Positions 18,745 to 28,572 of a stretch of DNA of 64,000 bases are shown piece after piece; the stretch's first letter is position 1; every line of letters begins with the position of its first letter. A program made the translations under genes and the position numbers. Origin of the DNA: an uncultured Gemmatimonadota bacterium (GTDB taxonomy: Bacteria; GCA-2686955); contig CAZBBK010000019.1 of NCBI GenBank assembly GCA_964490075.1, positions 1 to 64,000 on the forward strand, read 5' to 3'. Under the pieces are notes generated by a model. That model ran no database searches and had not been told where the DNA came from. It saw nothing but the letters and a program-made list of their open reading frames with translations.

Positions 18745-18870
18745 GGCTAGCCTGCGGCATGAGAGCCTGTGGGCGCGTCGCCAGGCAAACAGCGGGGAGC
18801 ATGGAATCTCTAGATCCCAGTCTAAGCCGCTCCCTCGCCACCCGGAAGCGCCTATCTTCACGCCAGGTAT

Positions 18871-19338
18871 CTACTCCCGGCAAACCGCACTGATCGCGAA
18901 GGTCACGAACTGCGACGGCGTGTCCGTCTCGAAGAGCACGCTCCAACGCACGTGTCGCAGCAGCGGGACCTCAGCCTCCGTGCGGACATCGCTGTAGAAG
19001 ACCAGAGGCGTCGCGTTTACGCCTTGGACGAAGCGAGCTTCACCGACCGTACGCCAGTCGCTGCGCTCGATGGCTGTGTTGGTTTGGAGCAGCACCTTCA
19101 CCGATGCGGCAGCATCCAGTCGAGCGTTCTCGACGATCAGCTTGAGGTGGCATTGGCGAAACGCGAGCAGATCCCACACATCGACGGCCGGCTGATCATG
19201 GCTGGCGTCGGAACGAGTGACGGTCACGGAGGCCTGTTCAAATGCCTCGCCAGCGGCGATCGCCGGGTCGGTTGGGATGGGCACCGCCGCGAGCAGGGCA
19301 CCGGGCACGAGGGTTCCCACGAGCGAATTTGCACGCAT
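18871..19338 (-). CDS. Hypothetical secreted all-beta protein (paralog 1)
   Basis: Signal-like N-terminus; LQTN...DW.TV...VPL.R..RW.V.FE....Q.VTF...RE* shared with the next ORF. Confidence 0.7.
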   Translation of the reverse strand: MRANSLVGTLVPGALLAAVPIPTDPAIAAGEAFEQASVTVTRSDASHDQPAVDVWDLLAFRQCHLKLIVENARLDAAASVKVLLQTNTAIERSDWRTVGEARFVQGVNATPLVFYSDVRTEAEVPLLRHVRWSVLFETDTPSQFVTFAISAVCRE

Positions 19339-19415
19339 GACATGACTCCAGACTGGGGGAAGTACGCGGTCCTTCTGAGAGGACCATCAAGAAACCGGGA
19401 ACAGCAGATCGCCTT

Positions 19416-19712
19416 CTACTCGCGAGCAACTCCCACGACCGAGAACGTCACATGTTGGCTCGCCGTGCTGCTCTCAAACTCCACCTCCCATCGGGCAAAC
19501 CTCGACAGCGGCACCGTGTCCTCAATCGACGCAAGGCCATAAGCCACGTAGGGGGTCGTCTGGCTGCCCTCAGTAAAGGTAACGTTCGTCACGGTCTTCC
19601 AATCTGGCTCGTCCAGCGTCGCATTGGTCTGCAAATTCACTCGTACATACTTGTTCGAGTCGAGCGATACGGCGGTGATCTTGAATTTCAAAATGAGCCA
19701 CCGGTAGGGGAG
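19416..19712 (-). pseudogene. 5'-truncated paralog of 18871..19338
   Basis: Aligns from LPYRW to VARE*; the upstream part of the track ORF is the antisense of the LVIVD gene. Confidence 0.6.
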
Positions 19713-21302
19713 CGAAGATTCGAGGGGGCCCATACATCGAGCCCTACGTCGTGGGTGTCGCATCGGCAGGGGAATATGCGTATGCCGCGGCAGGACCGGG
19801 GGGGCTGCAAGTAGTTGATGTCTCGAATGCGGATTCACTCACGCTGCGCGGTCGAACGGAGGCGCTCAACGCCCGCGATGTCGTCGTGGACGGGAGCTAC
19901 GCCTACGTCACAGCCGACCGGTTGGCGTTTGTTGTGACGGATATCTCGAATCCATCTTCCCCCCTTCGGCGAGGGGCGGTCGGGCTGCCGGGTGCGGCTC
20001 GACGGCTCTCACTGAAAGGACAATAAGTCTACGTGGCGGGCGATCATGTTGGACTGCACGTCATCGACGTCACCGGCGTCGACAACGCTCAGCGATACGG
20101 GGCGGTCGACACACCGGCAAGGGGCGTGGACATTGCCGCAGCGGGCGATTATGCATACGTCGCCGACGGCTGGCAGGGGCTCCAGGTGCTGGAGGTCTCC
20201 GATCCAGCCTCGCCCGTGATCTGCGCCCGCGTCGAGGCCATTCGGGATTCCGCCGTCGCGGTGGCCACGTCGGGCAATCACGCATTCGTCGCCTCGGCGG
20301 TGCTCTGGCGCTTTGGCGAGGGCGAGCTGTGCGTGGTAGATGTCTCCCAGCCCGCGTCGCCGGTGATCTTGGCGACGGTGCCAACTCCGGGTACTTCGAA
20401 CGAACTCGCCCTTGGTGCGAGTCACATATATGTCGCGGACTCGGGAGTGGGCTGCAGATAGTGGACGCCTCCGATCCAAGCGCGCCGATGCCGTGCGGAA
20501 ATGTCGTCACGCCGGGCAAGGCCGCCGGGGTGGCCGTGGCGGAGCCTTAGGCGTACGTTGCAGACACCGAGGGCGGCTTGATGGTGGTGGACGTCTCGGA
20601 TCCCTTCATGTCGATCATTCTCGGTGCCGTGGACACGCCGGGTAGAGCCCAACGGGTTTGTGTCGCGGAGAGCTTCGCCTACGTGTCGAGTTGGGACGAT
20701 GGCCTGGCGATCGTGGACGTCTCGACCCCGGCGGAGCCCGCGATGCGCGGACACGCGCGGACGCGATACGGCGCCGGTGATGTCGAAGTGGAGGAGAGCT
20801 ACGGCTACCTCACGACGCACCGATCAGGTCTGCAAGTGGTAGACATCTCGAATCCGGACTCACCCTTGAATAGTGGGTCGGTGGCATGTTGCAGCTGGGG
20901 GGCGGGCAGGGCGTCGTTTCTGCCGGTTTCGTATATGTCGCTTGCGGTTCTGGCGGCGTGGTCGTGGTGAGACAACAATGCCTCAAGACTCTTGTCGAGC
21001 GCACGCCGGCACCGCCGGCGCCCTGCGCGGACGATCTGGGCCAGAATCACCCCAACCCATTCAATCCCAGGACGGCGATCCCTCTCATTCTGCAGGAAGA
21101 TGGAGCGGTGGAGCTGCGGATCTACGACGCCGCGGGCAAACTGGTGCGAACCCTGGTCGACGGGCAGCGCCGAGCAGGGCGGCACCAGGTGGCGTGGACG
21201 GGTCGGTCGGAATCGGGGCGCGCGCTGCCCTCAGGGCTCTATCTTGTTCGTTTGCGAACGGCGCGCGGCGACGAGATTCGGGGGATGATCCTGCTCGAGT
21301 AA
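19712..21302 (+). pseudogene. LVIVD-repeat protein with C-terminal FlgD-Ig/T9SS-sorting-like domain, disrupted
   Basis: Repeated YAYVA..GLxVVDVSxP; in-frame TAA 20024-26 and TAG 20548-50; frameshifts near 20445 and 20890; tail QNHPNPFNP...IYDAAGKLVRTL...LPSGLYLVRL. Confidence 0.8.
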
Positions 21303-21315
21303 GAAGGAGGCGAGA

Positions 21316-22138
21316 ATGCACGCACGATCGATCGTGGGCGTCCTTGCCCTCACGGCGCGGGTGGGCGTTGCAGACGACACATTTCCCGTCTGGCAGCGCC
21401 TGGGCCCGGACGGTGGACCGGGATCGGACCGTTTCGCGGTCGCCCCCGCATCAGGGGATCGACTGGATACCCAGCTCCGATCACAGCGACGGGGAACAGG
21501 CATGGGTCTTCCCGTCCCGGCAAGACCCGACCCGGCCCTTCGAGCTGGTGGCGGGGTGGGCGTGGGAGTTGAACCGCTTGCTCTGGGTGAACCTCGGGCC
21601 GATCAGTCCGGGATTAGGGTGGAGCTTGGTGGAGGAGTACGGGGACCCCTCCTGCGTTCTCTCCACGAGCGTGCTCACGCCGACGGAGCTTCTCCCCACT
21701 AGACTGGGACCGGCCGGTATCTACGTAGACGGAGAGTTGAAGGTGGTATGTGAAGACCATGGCACCGAGGAGTACTGGGAGCCGGTGGAGACCTGGAAGG
21801 CGATCGAGCAGGGGGGGGTGCCGCCACTCACGGGTCTCGAGGTGCGGGCGCTTGGCTCGGCGCCCGACGTTCCCGACCGATACTGGGGCTTGGCGGAGCG
21901 CCCCTACACCCGTCTCATCGAGCACCGTTCCGGCTGGCAGGCCTGGAGGGTGGTGTCGGTCGGAGGACTGCTCGAGGCCGCCGACGACATTGCCGTTCTG
22001 GCCGGGTCCGAGGGCGCCGCGCTGGTCCTCGTGGGCAACGAGGGGCCGTGGCTCTCACGCGACGGAGGCGAGAGCTGGCGGGCCCGGTGGCCCGGCGCCT
22101 TCGGGCGCCTATCTTGTCGGCGTGCGGACCGCATCTAG
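21316..22138 (+). pseudogene. Fragmented secreted BNR/Asp-box propeller protein
   Basis: GGAGG RBS, signal-like start, WQRLGPDGG; continues in another frame to LSRDGGESW, then stops. Confidence 0.45.
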
Positions 22139-22176
22139 GAGCGCGACCCGCCGCGTCGTGCTGGTTCGGTAAGGCA

Positions 22177-23421
22177 CTATTCGTAGACCTTCTCCTCGGT
22201 CGCACCCGCCTGGGCCGCGTCGTCTTCCACGTCGCGGCGGCCCGCCCTCGCGCCGGGGTCGGCCATCTCGCGATACCACTCCGACGCCGTGATCGCCGCC
22301 ATCACCTCGTTGGTGCCGGTCCAGATCGACGCCAGGCGCAGGTCGCGATGGATGCGTTCGATCGGGTAGACATTGGTGTAGCCAATGCCGCCCATCACCT
22401 GCATCGCGTTGTGCACCACCTTCTGGCACGACTCGGTGACGAAACGCTTGGTCTCCGAGACCAGGCGCCGCACCCGCCGCATCGGCTCGCCGCGGTCCAC
22501 CGCCAGAGAGGTGGTGTAGACCATGGCCCGGGACGCATCCAGCAGGGTGGCAGCCTCGGCCACCTGGAAGCTGACCCCCTGGAAGCTCTTGATGGTGCGG
22601 CCGAAGGCCTTGCGGCGGCTGGTGTAGCGGGTCGCCACCTCGAGCGCCGAGCGGGCCGAGCCGACCGTCATGGCGGCGGTCCCCAGACGCTCGGGGATCA
22701 TCATCGTGTTGAACACATCGACGCCACGGTGGAGCCCGCCGAGCAGGTTCTCGCGCGGCACCTTCACCGAGTCGAAGATCACCCGCCCGGCACCGCCGCC
22801 ACGACAGCCCATCAGCCCATAGAGATAGCGAGTCTCGATCCCGGCGCCTCGCTCGACGATGAAGGCGCTGATCCCCTGGTGGGGCTCGGCGTCGGGGTCG
22901 GTGCGGGCATAGACCAGGAAAATGTCGGCCGCGGTGGCGCCGACGATGAAGCGCTTCTGGCCGCTCAGCAGGAAATGGTCGCCGCGATCGTCGGCGCGGG
23001 TCCGGGTGCCGAAGAAATCGGACCCACCCTGCGGCTCCGTGAGGCACTCCGCGGCGAAGATCTCGCCCGCCAGCAGCGGCTTGACCCAGCGCTCCTGCTG
23101 CTCGTCGCCGCCGTGTTGGACGATGGCGTCGGCCACCAGCTCGGCGCCGATGCCGAACACGCAAGCGAAGATGTAGCCCAGCGCCCCCACCTCTTCCATC
23201 ACCGCGCTGGCGGCCACCCAGTCGAGATCGCGTCCGCCGAGGCGGGTGGGATGGCGGCAGCCCATCAGCCCGCGGCGCCCCGCCTCGCGCAAGAAGTCGC
23301 TCGGGAACTCGACCTCGTCGGCGTCCATGTCGAGCAAGAGCTGGGTCGGAACCGAGCGAACCAGGTCGCGAACCTCGTCGCGCAGGGCGCGCTGCCGATC
23401 GTCGAGCAGGTAGTCGAACAT
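22177..23421 (-). CDS. Acyl-CoA dehydrogenase
   Basis: LTEPQGGSD, LSGQKRFI, RKAFG..I, MQVMGGIGY, IWTGTNEV; GGAGG RBS before MFDY. Confidence 0.93.
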   Translation of the reverse strand: MFDYLLDDRQRALRDEVRDLVRSVPTQLLLDMDADEVEFPSDFLREAGRRGLMGCRHPTRLGGRDLDWVAASAVMEEVGALGYIFACVFGIGAELVADAIVQHGGDEQQERWVKPLLAGEIFAAECLTEPQGGSDFFGTRTRADDRGDHFLLSGQKRFIVGATAADIFLVYARTDPDAEPHQGISAFIVERGAGIETRYLYGLMGCRGGGAGRVIFDSVKVPRENLLGGLHRGVDVFNTMMIPERLGTAAMTVGSARSALEVATRYTSRRKAFGRTIKSFQGVSFQVAEAATLLDASRAMVYTTSLAVDRGEPMRRVRRLVSETKRFVTESCQKVVHNAMQVMGGIGYTNVYPIERIHRDLRLASIWTGTNEVMAAITASEWYREMADPGARAGRRDVEDDAAQAGATEEKVYE

Positions 23422-23687
23422 CGTGGAATCCTCCGATCTGCGCTCCGTGTCCGCGACCGTATCAGATCGATCGGGACCTTGCGGAGGGACCCACAACCCG
23501 TGGTCGGGGCGCCGCGCCGGCCCGGCGTCTCGGTCGGGGCCGGAGTGTCGCGACTGCCCGTGACTCCGCCCCCGAACCTCACGAGTAGAGGGCGGGACGG
23601 CTTCGCCGGGACGCCGCCGGACCCACGCCCAGGTTACGCTCCTGTCGTCGGCTCCGCGGAATCGCCACCGCTCCCCCCGGAGGTCCC

Positions 23688-24890
23688 ATGTCTGGCTCGC
23701 TCCTCGTCGCCACCGCTCTCTTCTGCGCCGTGCCATCTTCCGCGGCCGACGCGCCCGCCCCAGATGCTCCGATCCGCCTGCTGATGAGCGCGCGCGATGC
23801 CGCCACGCAGCGCGCCTGGCTCGACCACGCCCGCCAGCACTGGGGACTGGAGCCGCGCCACCATCTGTCCGCCGTGCATGCCAGCTCCTACCGGGTGACG
23901 CCCGCGCTGGCGGAAGCGTTGCTCGCCGATGCCGATCTGCGCGAGCGCGGCTGGCGCATCTCGGCGCTCGAGCCGACGGCACGCATCGTTCCCCAAACAC
24001 GCTCCGTCTTCGCCGGCGGCGCGCGGGCTTCCTACACCCCGAACGATCCCTACTACTCCGATCAGTGGGGTCCGGCCTGCATCGACCTGGAGCGCGCCTG
24101 GGCGATCAGCCGTGGTCGCCGCCGCGCCGTGATCGCCGTGCTCGACACCGGCGCCGACCTGGACCATCCCGATCTGGCCGGCAACCTGATCGCCGGCTAC
24201 GACTGGGTGAATCTCGACGACCAGCCCGACGACGACAACGGCCACGGCAGCGCGGTCGCCGGCGTGGCGGCGGCGGTGATCGACAACGGTGTCGGCATCG
24301 CCGGCTGCGTTCAGGAGCGGATCATGCCGGTCAAAGTTCTGAACGCCTGGGGGGGCGGCTACGTCGACGACATCGTGATCGGCATCCAGTGGGCGGTCGA
24401 GCAGGGGGCCGATGTGCTGGCTCTTCCCTTCGGCATTGGCACCCCCTCGCCGATCCTGGAGGATGCCTGCCGCTGGGCTTCCGACCAGGGGGCGCTGCTG
24501 ATCGCCGCGGCCGGGGCCTCGGGCACCGACCTGTTCATGTACCCCGCCGCCTACACCTCGGTCTCTGGGGTGGGAGCGCTGATGCCCGATTGCGTGACCC
24601 CCGCGCCCTTCAACAACTTCGGCTTCGGCGATCACCAGGTGATGGGCAACCTGGAGTTCCTGGCGCCGGGGATGGACATTCTGACGATCGTCGGCGGCGG
24701 CTACGGTTACTACAGCGGCACCGCATCGGCATCGGCCTTCGTTGCCGCCGTCGCCGCCGGCTACGTCGACGCGGCGCCCGACGCCCCGGCCGCGGCGATT
24801 CGCCACCACATGCAGACCCACGCCGACGATCTGGGCGACCCGGAGCACCACGGCTACGGGCGGATCGATGGCGCGCCGTGGGTCGACTGA
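23688..24890 (+). CDS. Secreted S8 subtilase-family protein (thermitase-like), catalytic Ser replaced
   Basis: PNDP, VLDTG, GHGSAVAG, IMPVKVL; SGTASA in place of SGTSMA; AAAGA in place of AAAGN. Confidence 0.85.
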   Translation: MSGSLLVATALFCAVPSSAADAPAPDAPIRLLMSARDAATQRAWLDHARQHWGLEPRHHLSAVHASSYRVTPALAEALLADADLRERGWRISALEPTARIVPQTRSVFAGGARASYTPNDPYYSDQWGPACIDLERAWAISRGRRRAVIAVLDTGADLDHPDLAGNLIAGYDWVNLDDQPDDDNGHGSAVAGVAAAVIDNGVGIAGCVQERIMPVKVLNAWGGGYVDDIVIGIQWAVEQGADVLALPFGIGTPSPILEDACRWASDQGALLIAAAGASGTDLFMYPAAYTSVSGVGALMPDCVTPAPFNNFGFGDHQVMGNLEFLAPGMDILTIVGGGYGYYSGTASASAFVAAVAAGYVDAAPDAPAAAIRHHMQTHADDLGDPEHHGYGRIDGAPWVD

Positions 24891-24918
24891 TTCGAACGAC
24901 CGATCTGGAGCCAAGCTC

Positions 24919-27477
24919 ATGAGCCTCCGCGTCCCCGCCCTCGCTCTGCTGGTGGCCCTCCGCGCCTCCCCCAGCCCCGCCGAGCCGATCGAGATCCGCT
25001 GGGACGGTCACGGCATCCCCCACATCTACGCCGAGACCGAGCTCGACGCGGTCTACGCGCAGGGCTGGTGCCACGCCCGCGACCGGCTCTTCGCCATGGA
25101 TCTGTTCCGCCACTTCGCGCGCGGCACGCTGGCCGAGCTGGTAGGCGAGGAGGCGCTCGAGGACGATCGCTACCAGCGGGTGGTGGGATTGACGCGGGTC
25201 GCGGCCGAGATCTGGGCCTCGCTCTCGCCCGAGACCGCGGACTTCCTCGAAGCGTACGCGGCGGGGGTGAACGCCCGACTGGTCGACATGGGTCCCCTCG
25301 ACCTGCCGATCGAGTACCGGGCGCTGGGTCTGGGAATCGCCGACGTCGGACCGTGGGAGCCGCTCGACAGCATCGTGATCGCGCGTCTGCAGACCCAGCT
25401 CCTGGCCTTCGACATCGGCGACGACTTCTCGCTGGCCGAGCGCCTCGATGCCTTTCGCGAGAGCTATGGCTTTCACGGCGGGCCCGATTCCCGCGCCGGC
25501 CTGCCCGAGGATCTGTTCCGCTTCACGCCGAGGGTGCCGGCCACCCACATGGACGGCTTCCCGCAAGCCGCCCGCGGCGGCGATGCCGCCCCGACCTTGC
25601 CATCGGACCGAAGCTTCGACGCCAATCTCCTGGCGCGCGCCCGGGCCGCACTCCGGCCCGGCCCCTGGCACCGCCGCTTGCGCGCGGCCGCCGGGGGGTC
25701 GAACGCCTGGGTGGTGGCGGGCGCCACGACCCGTTCCGGTGCGCCGATTCTCGCCAACGACCCCCATGTCGACCTGAGCGCCCCGCCGTTGCTCTACCTG
25801 GCCCATCTCAACACCAAGCGCGGCGGCGGCGCGGCTTTCAACGCCTCGGGTGCCTCGACTCCCGGTGTGCCGGGGATTCTGCTCGGCCACAACGAGCACA
25901 TCGCCTGGGGCACCACCCTCTCGCAGCTCGATGCCACCAACACCTACATCGAAACGGTGTTTCCCGGTGCAGGCGACGATCCCGACTCGGTGCTTTTCGA
26001 AGGCAACGCAATCGCGATGGAGGAGCGCACCGAGATCTTGCGCGTCCGCGATCCCGAGACCGGAGAGATCAGCGAGACACCTTTCCTGGTGCAGGTGGTG
26101 CCGCACCACGGCCCGGTGCTGGACGGCAGCAACGACGGCGCGAGCGCGATCAGCTTCCGCTGGACCGGTCTGGAGGCCACCCGTGAGATCGAGGCCTTCC
26201 GCCTGGTCCACGGCATCGACAATCTCGAAGACTTCATCGACAACATCTTTCTCTTCGACGTCGGCTCCCAGTCGCTGGTCTACTGCGACGTGGCCGGCAA
26301 CATCTACTACAACAGCTACAATGCGATTCCGCTACGCTCGGCGGCCGGTATGACGCGGCGCTACCCGCCCAATCTGCCCTATCCGGGTACTGGCGCCTTC
26401 GAATGGGTGGGGCTGATCCCGCCCCCCAAGCTGCCGCAGGAGCTCAACCCGGAGCGCGGATACGTCGTCACCGCCAACAACGATCCGGTAGGCGTGACCC
26501 TCGACAACAACCCCTTCAACGACGAGTACTATATTGGCGACATCTTCGACATCGGCTTCCGCGCCGGGCGCATCGAGGAGCTCTTGCTCGAGCGTTTGGG
26601 CGACCTGACGGTGGTCGATATGCAGCGCATCCAGGCCGATGGGCGCTCGGCGCTGGGCGGGGTGTTGCTGCCTCATCTGGAGGACGCGATCGACCAGCTC
26701 GGCATCGAGGATCCGCTGGCGCTAGAGGCCTGGGATCTGCTGCGGGACTGGGATCTGCGCACGCCGGCCGGCACCGGCTGGCTGGTGGGCGAGGACGAGA
26801 GACGCAGCTCGGTGGCCACCTCGATCTTCACTGCCTGGCTGACCCGCTTCTTCCCCGCGGTGGCGCTCGACGAGTACGAGCACGCGGAGGTCGGCTTCAT
26901 GAGCGGCAACGGATCGACGCTGGGGGTGCGGGGGCTGCTCTTCATCATCGAGCATCCGGAACAGACCTACACCGGCGACGCGATCTTCGACCGCATCGGG
27001 ACTCCGGAGATCGAGACTCGCCAGGAGATCTTCGTGTCGGCCTTCGAGGAGGCGGTCGATTTCTTGGCGGGGGCGTTCGGGAGCGAAGACATCGATCGCT
27101 GGCGCTGGGGCAAGCTGCACCGGGTGCGCTTCGCGGCTCTGAGCGGCGTCGATCTGCTGTCGATCCCCTCCACCGCCAATCCGCTCTTCCCGGAGGGCTA
27201 CCCGCGCGGCGGAGACAACTACACGGTCGATGCTTGCGACTTCGGAATCAGAGGCGACGAATTCGGCTACGACGACGGCCCCGGCATGCGCTTCGTGGTG
27301 CGCATGGAAGAGGGCAAGATCGCTGCCTGGAACGTGCTGCCCGGCGGCCAATCGGGGCGCGCCTTCCATCCTCACTATCGCGATCTGGCGCAGCAGTGGC
27401 GCCACAACGAGGCGGTCCGCATCCCCTTCTACTACTCCGAGGTGTTCTGGGCGACGCGGCACGTGACTCGTCTATAG
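24919..27477 (+). CDS. Penicillin acylase family (Ntn hydrolase) protein
   Basis: DGHGIPHIYA, DRLFAMD, GSNAW nucleophile, LANDPH, TANN, PGGQSG. Confidence 0.93.
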   Translation: MSLRVPALALLVALRASPSPAEPIEIRWDGHGIPHIYAETELDAVYAQGWCHARDRLFAMDLFRHFARGTLAELVGEEALEDDRYQRVVGLTRVAAEIWASLSPETADFLEAYAAGVNARLVDMGPLDLPIEYRALGLGIADVGPWEPLDSIVIARLQTQLLAFDIGDDFSLAERLDAFRESYGFHGGPDSRAGLPEDLFRFTPRVPATHMDGFPQAARGGDAAPTLPSDRSFDANLLARARAALRPGPWHRRLRAAAGGSNAWVVAGATTRSGAPILANDPHVDLSAPPLLYLAHLNTKRGGGAAFNASGASTPGVPGILLGHNEHIAWGTTLSQLDATNTYIETVFPGAGDDPDSVLFEGNAIAMEERTEILRVRDPETGEISETPFLVQVVPHHGPVLDGSNDGASAISFRWTGLEATREIEAFRLVHGIDNLEDFIDNIFLFDVGSQSLVYCDVAGNIYYNSYNAIPLRSAAGMTRRYPPNLPYPGTGAFEWVGLIPPPKLPQELNPERGYVVTANNDPVGVTLDNNPFNDEYYIGDIFDIGFRAGRIEELLLERLGDLTVVDMQRIQADGRSALGGVLLPHLEDAIDQLGIEDPLALEAWDLLRDWDLRTPAGTGWLVGEDERRSSVATSIFTAWLTRFFPAVALDEYEHAEVGFMSGNGSTLGVRGLLFIIEHPEQTYTGDAIFDRIGTPEIETRQEIFVSAFEEAVDFLAGAFGSEDIDRWRWGKLHRVRFAALSGVDLLSIPSTANPLFPEGYPRGGDNYTVDACDFGIRGDEFGYDDGPGMRFVVRMEEGKIAAWNVLPGGQSGRAFHPHYRDLAQQWRHNEAVRIPFYYSEVFWATRHVTRL

Positions 27478-27503
27478 GCGAATCCCCTCTGCCTCCTCGG
27501 ACC

Positions 27504-28559
27504 CTAGTTCTGCGCCACGAAGAGACTGGCCCGCAGGCGCCGCCGCCGCAGATAGGCGCGCGCGACCGTGGTCAGGATCACGACGACGCCGACCACGCCG
27601 CTGACGAAGAGCAGTCCCTTGCTGATTCCGTTCCACCACACGTCGAGGCCCGGGTCGATGTCGATCAGTCCGAGCTTGCGCAGGTACTCGGGCGTGGCGA
27701 TCAAGCGGCTGAGCACGCAGAGCAGGATGATCAACCCCGTCACCAGGCGGATGTAGACCTCCTTGACGACCTTGGTGCCATAGGCGCCGAGGTGGATGCC
27801 GACCAGCGAGCCGGCGTAGAGCAAGAGCACCAGGCGCAGATCGACGTAGCCGCTCCAGGCGTAATTCATGCAGCCCCAGGCGCCCATGAAGACCGCCAGG
27901 AAGAGCTCAGTTCCCGCGGCGACGGCGGTGGGAATGCCCAGCACGTAGATCATCGCCGGCACGCCGATGAAGCCGCCGACGCCGATGGTCCCGGCGAGAA
28001 AACCTGTTACCAGCCCGATCGGGAGGATCACCCAGAGCGACACCCGCACGTCGGCCACGCGAAAGTGGATCATTGGCCGCAGACGGATCATCGAGCAGGC
28101 CTCGGCGACCTTCAGCGAGGGGCCCTGGCCGGGAGCCGAGCGCCACACGTCACGCAGCATCGAGACCGAAACGACCGACAGAAACGACACGAAGATGATG
28201 CTGATGTAGAGATCGCCGCCCGCCGAGCCTTCGGTGAGCTCGAAAAAATGACTGTTGAGATAGGCGGCGACGGAGATGCCGATCGCGGCGGTGATCAGCA
28301 TGCACAGGCCGAGCCGCTTGTCGACGTTGCCCATCTCGCCGTGCTTCTTCGATCCGACCAGCGCCTTGCCGAACTTGTGGGTGATGTTGCTGCCCACGGC
28401 GACGACGCCCGGCACGCCGAGGTTCATCATGCCCGGGGTCATGAAGAACGCGCCGCCGCTGCCGATGAAGCCGCTCAAGGTGCCGCCGATGAAGCCCAGC
28501 ATCACCACCTGCAGCGCGGTGCCGAGGTTGAGATCGACGAACAGCTCTCCTCCGATCAT
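27504..28559 (-). CDS. Sulfite exporter TauE/SafE family membrane protein
   Basis: GFIGSGGAFFMTP and IGVGGFIGVP repeats, AVAAGT, many TM helices. Confidence 0.9.
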   Translation of the reverse strand: MIGGELFVDLNLGTALQVVMLGFIGGTLSGFIGSGGAFFMTPGMMNLGVPGVVAVGSNITHKFGKALVGSKKHGEMGNVDKRLGLCMLITAAIGISVAAYLNSHFFELTEGSAGGDLYISIIFVSFLSVVSVSMLRDVWRSAPGQGPSLKVAEACSMIRLRPMIHFRVADVRVSLWVILPIGLVTGFLAGTIGVGGFIGVPAMIYVLGIPTAVAAGTELFLAVFMGAWGCMNYAWSGYVDLRLVLLLYAGSLVGIHLGAYGTKVVKEVYIRLVTGLIILLCVLSRLIATPEYLRKLGLIDIDPGLDVWWNGISKGLLFVSGVVGVVVILTTVARAYLRRRRLRASLFVAQN

Positions 28560-28572
28560 CGGCGTTTCCTTT

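Noticed and set aside
18745-19415. Further attC sites between island genes
   Set aside because: No AAC...GTT-bounded inverted repeat found by eye; only a short GGTCC/GGACC hairpin.
20024-20550. Alternative genetic code or stop-to-Tyr readthrough
   Set aside because: The same gene has frameshifts, and TAG/TAA end normal genes elsewhere in the window.
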